Positions 60,331 to 64,000 of a stretch of 64,000 bases of DNA are shown here, piece by piece. Source of the DNA: Thermoproteota archaeon (GTDB lineage Archaea; Thermoproteota; Thermoprotei_A; Sulfolobales; Ignisphaeraceae). The notes below the pieces were generated by a model. The model saw only the letters and a program-made list of their open reading frames with translations. It did no database searches and was not told where the DNA came from. Made by a program: the position numbers and the translations under genes. The stretch covers positions 99,883 to 163,882 of the forward strand of contig JAUQPB010000004.1 of NCBI GenBank assembly GCA_030550585.1. The letters run 5' to 3'. Each line of letters opens with the position of its first letter. Position 1 is the stretch's first letter.

Positions 60331-60897
60331 AGCATATCACCAAAAGGCTCTACAAATATTAATTTCAATGCCACAATTATATGCTTTGATAAAATGTAAG
60401 ATTGTGCATTTGGTTGCCGGCTTTAGGTTATTGACGTAACATATTTTGATGATGGCTACGACCTATCATCTATAGCTTTGTGATAGCTTTGCTAGTTCTT
60501 GTGCAATTTTGCTAAGCTCCTCAGCTGTTTGGCTAGCTCTCTTAGCTATCTCTAGTAGATATGGCGGTGCTGTTCGTGAAGAGGTCAGATAGCTTCTTAT
60601 AGATAATGTTGTACATCTCTTTAGCATTGGCCTCGGCGGCCTTCCCCCAACTCAATTACGAAGAAACCATCTGTCACAGCCTCTCTCCTTGCACTATCAG
60701 TAAAGGATTGTGCTACGAGAATCCTAAAATGTGATGCTATACACACTTGCATAATTCTACCAAACTCCTCACTAGCAATACCAATGTTTAGTCATCTTTA
60801 CCACCTAAGCTTAGAGCAATGAATCTCTATGCACAGTATAGATGGCTGGGGTAAGGATAACTGAGATGCATTTATATACCTAGGACTCGGTTAGGTA

Positions 60898-61644
60898 TTG
60901 GGATGTTGTATGGGTTGTGGTGTTAAGGTGTGGCTTGTCCCTGGGTCGAGGTTTGATGAGCTGGAGAAGGGGGTGGCTATAATCCCTGTGGGGTCTGTTG
61001 AGAGGCACGGTGACCACCTTCCTTTGGGGACAGATGCTTTGGAGGCTATGTATGTTGCTGAGAAGGTGGCTGATGAGCTTTGTGCGCATCTTTTCCCACC
61101 TGTGTGGTATGGTGCAGCGAAATCGCTTGCGCGGTTTAGTGGAACGATAGATGTTGGCGATGGCCCCCTCTATGCGTATATGTGTGGGATTCTGAGGGGT
61201 GTGGCGTCAATGGGCTACAGAATTATAGTGGTGGTCAACGGCCACGGCGGCAACACCCTAGCTCTTCGGCTAGCTGCCAAGAAGGTTTCGTTTGAAACTG
61301 GCACCTCTATACTGGTTGTGAACTGGTGGAGTGATCTAGCCCAGGAGAAGAGGCGAGAACTCTTCACATACCCCGGGCATGCAGGCGAGGACGAGACCAG
61401 TGCCGTACTCCACATAGCCCCAGAAACAGTCGATATGTCAAGCGCTAGAGACCACATCACCGAGCCCATACCCAGCATAACAGTCTACTCACCCAAACTC
61501 GAAGAGAAGCTCTATCCAAGAGCAGTCCTAGGCAAACCAACCCTAGCCTCCGCAGAGAAGGGCCGTATATGGCTGGAAGAGGCCGCAAAGGACCTTGCAA
61601 CAAAGGTTAGAGAAGTGGCAAAGCTCCTAGAACTCAAAGTGTAG
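60898..61644 (+). CDS. Creatininase-family amidohydrolase
   Basis: PVGSVERHGDHLPLGTD, NGHGGN and HAGEDETS motifs. Confidence 0.92.
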   Translation: MGCCMGCGVKVWLVPGSRFDELEKGVAIIPVGSVERHGDHLPLGTDALEAMYVAEKVADELCAHLFPPVWYGAAKSLARFSGTIDVGDGPLYAYMCGILRGVASMGYRIIVVVNGHGGNTLALRLAAKKVSFETGTSILVVNWWSDLAQEKRRELFTYPGHAGEDETSAVLHIAPETVDMSSARDHITEPIPSITVYSPKLEEKLYPRAVLGKPTLASAEKGRIWLEEAAKDLATKVREVAKLLELKV

Positions 61645-62179
61645 AAGGGTCAGGGATTAACCCAAGAATTGTAGTGCCTACTACACAGAACTACCTATCA
61701 TAGCTATATATTTTCTTAACAAAGTATATAGCTAAAACGAGCAATATAAATGCAATTGATACATGAATTACAGCAGAGAATTCACGGTGAACATAGAGTC
61801 TCACACTAAAACTGTTACATTAACACAAACTATAATTCAGACAGCAACTAAAACACAGACTATAACGGAAACCACGCCTGTAACAATAATAGAAGCTAAA
61901 ACTGGGACAGAAACTTGGCAATTTATGATAAACCTGGCGGTGAGTCCCTAAGTAAGTACACAACCTCAGTTCTTCAGGCTCAACTATTTAGGCATTGTTA
62001 AGCTGATTTTTGCGTAACTGCCTTGATGGTCTGTATCTATTGCATTTACTCTAAAAACTTAACCGCCATGCTCTGCACATTCTCAGCAAAGAGAAGATGA
62101 TATTGAGGAGTAGCGTTACAGCATCTGTTGAGATGGTGAAAAAGTGTTGGGGAATCTATAGCCCCTATCCAGTTGCTGC

Positions 62180-62521
62180 CTATCTCTTCTTTTTTCTAGC
62201 ATACACCTCTATTTCCATGGTTTTTCTCTCTATAGATTTGGCGACTTCAGATGGTCTAGAGTGGTATGCGTGTAGAGCTATTCCAATGGTCCAGCCGGCC
62301 AACGGCTACACAAACCACATAACCTCTGGAGAGATCCAAAGGTTGGCGAATATCAGAAAGGAGTTGACAATAATATACACAACCAGATGTGTTATAAAGC
62401 CTCTTCTAGCATTCTCAACCTCGAGCTCTTTCCAAGCCTTGATAAACTCCCTTAACGAAACCTCGCCACCCACAACACCACCTACACATACTAGCGCTAA
62501 AATTTCTAAACCAAGTACCAT
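62180..62521 (-). pseudogene. 2TM-domain protein with an internal TAG
   Basis: FITHLVVYIIVN..WFV*PLAGWTIGIALH; frame continues 42 codons past the stop at 62306. Confidence 0.7.
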
Positions 62522-62666
62522 ACCCTCACTCTAGCTTCTTTGGCTTGGCCACTTCAAGTATGTACCTAGCTCAGACTACATGTAACCTCTGCATGTAGCC
62601 CCAATCTCGTTCCACAGCTTCTATTGATTTGTGCCAGCTGTTGGCTATAGGCTGTGCAATAGCTTG

Positions 62667-62909
62667 TCATAGAAGTTTTCTTTCTCCAATGGCCACGACA
62701 ACTATGTTGCATGGTTTTAGCAGGTATGCTACTCTGTAGGAGCCCACACGGGTTTTGCAAAGCTCTTCTAGCGGGGGCTTTAACTTCTCTTCGCATATGG
62801 GTTTTTCAGCTAGTTGCTGAAGCCTCTCGCTAACTCTATTGGTAATATCTTTTGGTGCTTTCTCAAGAAATTTTCTAGCACTTTTCTTGATGTCTAGACT
62901 ACACCCCAA
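62667..62909 (-). CDS. RelE/ParE-family toxin, C-terminus probably frameshifted
   Basis: SARKFL..KL..RVGSYRVAY..IGER; one added base at 62676-62679 gives ER(E/K)NFYDKL. Confidence 0.75.
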   Translation of the reverse strand: MGCSLDIKKSARKFLEKAPKDITNRVSERLQQLAEKPICEEKLKPPLEELCKTRVGSYRVAYLLKPCNIVVVAIGERKLL

Positions 62910-62914
62910 TTCAT

Positions 62915-63682
62915 CTACCTCTTAATATTACCTCTCTTGATAATGCCCAGCTCCAGCAGGTTGCTGTAGACCTCGTCGTCTAGAAGCAAATCGAGTGTGT
63001 CTATATACCCCTCAACCTCTTTAGCATACTCGTGGCTCCACCTAGCTAGTGCATCTATGTTGCTCTCACTATACTCTCTAACAATGTTGAGTACAGCTAC
63101 TGTTGCCGATGTCCATGCAAATGCTAGGTACATGGAGTAGGCAGCAAACTGCAAAACAGCGTCTGGGGCTCTGCTGGTCAGCCTATTGGCAAACTCCTCT
63201 AGCCCCAGCCTAGCCACCCTGTCTGCTATCCACAGATCCCTCTCCACGAGAATAGACATGGCGTAGACGAGGTCATCAGCATACTTGTACCCACTGGACT
63301 TCAGTCTCTTAGCCAAGGATTTGGCAAGCTCCTCCACAACACCTCTAAACTCAGCTAATGTTAGAGCCCCCGAGGCAAGCGAGGTGTGTATACTGTTGCT
63401 GAGATCAACCAAAGAGAACGCTATCCTAAGCCAAAACCTCTCAACAAGCGCAGGAAAACCACGCTCAAGATTATCGGTGTTGAGAGCAACACGTATCTCA
63501 TCTCTCAAAGCCTCCTCAAACACCTTATCAAGTCTCTCAAGCATCTCTTTGCCAACAAGCCTCTTAAGCCTGTCAACAAAACCATAAACCTCTGCACCAA
63601 CATCCTCACCAACAGCAAGAGCCAGCGGAATAGTTGTACCCCTAAAACATCCGCGAAAGAGAAGCACTACATCCACAGTCAT
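62915..63682 (-). CDS. All-helical hypothetical protein upstream of RelE (antitoxin position)
   Basis: 5 nt from the relE start; acidic C-terminus YIDTLDLLLDDE; start codon uncertain. Confidence 0.6.
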   Translation of the reverse strand: MTVDVVLLFRGCFRGTTIPLALAVGEDVGAEVYGFVDRLKRLVGKEMLERLDKVFEEALRDEIRVALNTDNLERGFPALVERFWLRIAFSLVDLSNSIHTSLASGALTLAEFRGVVEELAKSLAKRLKSSGYKYADDLVYAMSILVERDLWIADRVARLGLEEFANRLTSRAPDAVLQFAAYSMYLAFAWTSATVAVLNIVREYSESNIDALARWSHEYAKEVEGYIDTLDLLLDDEVYSNLLELGIIKRGNIKR

Positions 63683-64000
63683 ACAATGCTCCCAAACATT
63701 TATCCAGATATCCAGACATCTTTATATCTAGATAGGTAGGTATAAAAAGTCTTTTAAAAATCTTTATATTTGTCACACAAGCGCATATAGACCATTTTGA
63801 CATGTTCGATGTAGTGGTAAAAAGAGGTAAAGTGGTGCTCAAAGCCTCCTACAAACCTCCACAGCCCTAATCTACTCAAACTGAAGATCAAGAGGAAGAA
63901 TATAGCGAAAAACCACAGACAAACACCATCAACACAAATTCCTATCTCGACTCATAAAATTTTGACGCCCTTTAAAATTTTCGATATACCCATCCCACCT

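Noticed and set aside
60420-60800. Possible decayed gene at the right island edge
   Set aside because: Only short helical-looking fragments; no family could be assigned.
41950-60900. att sites or target duplication flanking the defence island
   Set aside because: No matching direct repeats found by eye; a self-alignment would be needed.
62306-62308. In-frame TAG as pyrrolysine or readthrough
   Set aside because: It sits at an aromatic position of the 2TM motif, one change from TGG or TAT/TAC; no pyl genes in view; nonsense mutation is simpler.
417-63842. Many 60-170 aa ORFs antisense to or overlapping the called genes
   Set aside because: No motifs or RBS, with Ser/Leu-rich shadow composition.
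1-64000. CRISPR array, rRNA, tRNA, integrase or transposase
   Set aside because: No repeat-spacer periodicity, GC-rich structural RNA or recombinase motif was recognised by eye; small RNAs could have been missed.

Overview
Archaeal DNA, most likely a hyperthermophilic Thermoprotei (Desulfurococcales-like) genome; this is inferred from GGTG/GAGGTG ribosome-binding sites, an AGOG glycosylase, paREP-like genes and many HEPN-MNT pairs. Layout: (1) 1-5 kb housekeeping and a PadR/ABC operon. (2) 5.2-11.4 kb cluster of membrane-anchored proteins sharing an unrecognised C-x4-C helical domain. (3) 11.8-16.8 kb metabolic and repair genes. (4) 17-24 kb pseudogene-rich zone. (5) 24.4-28.2 kb SipW-type peptidase with two TasA/AbpA-like pilins. 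(6) 29-33 kb ATPase and toxin-antitoxin remnants. (7) 33.5-40.5 kb surface protein and an archaeosortase/glycosyltransferase operon with a VPEIG-tailed substrate. (8) 42-60.3 kb defence island: SF2 helicase, DUF1998-PLD fusion, EVE protein, a full-length but catalytically atypical Argonaute coupled to a DUF2797/GIY-YIG-like gene, a BrxL-like ATPase coupled to a Type IIG restriction-methylase, an extended HEPN, a DEDD exonuclease and a UDG-fold protein. The best candidate for an undescribed system is the GIY-YIG-like nuclease + long Argonaute operon (48213-51283). No CRISPR array, rRNA, tRNA or transposase was recognised. All family calls are by-eye motif recognition; no database search was run.
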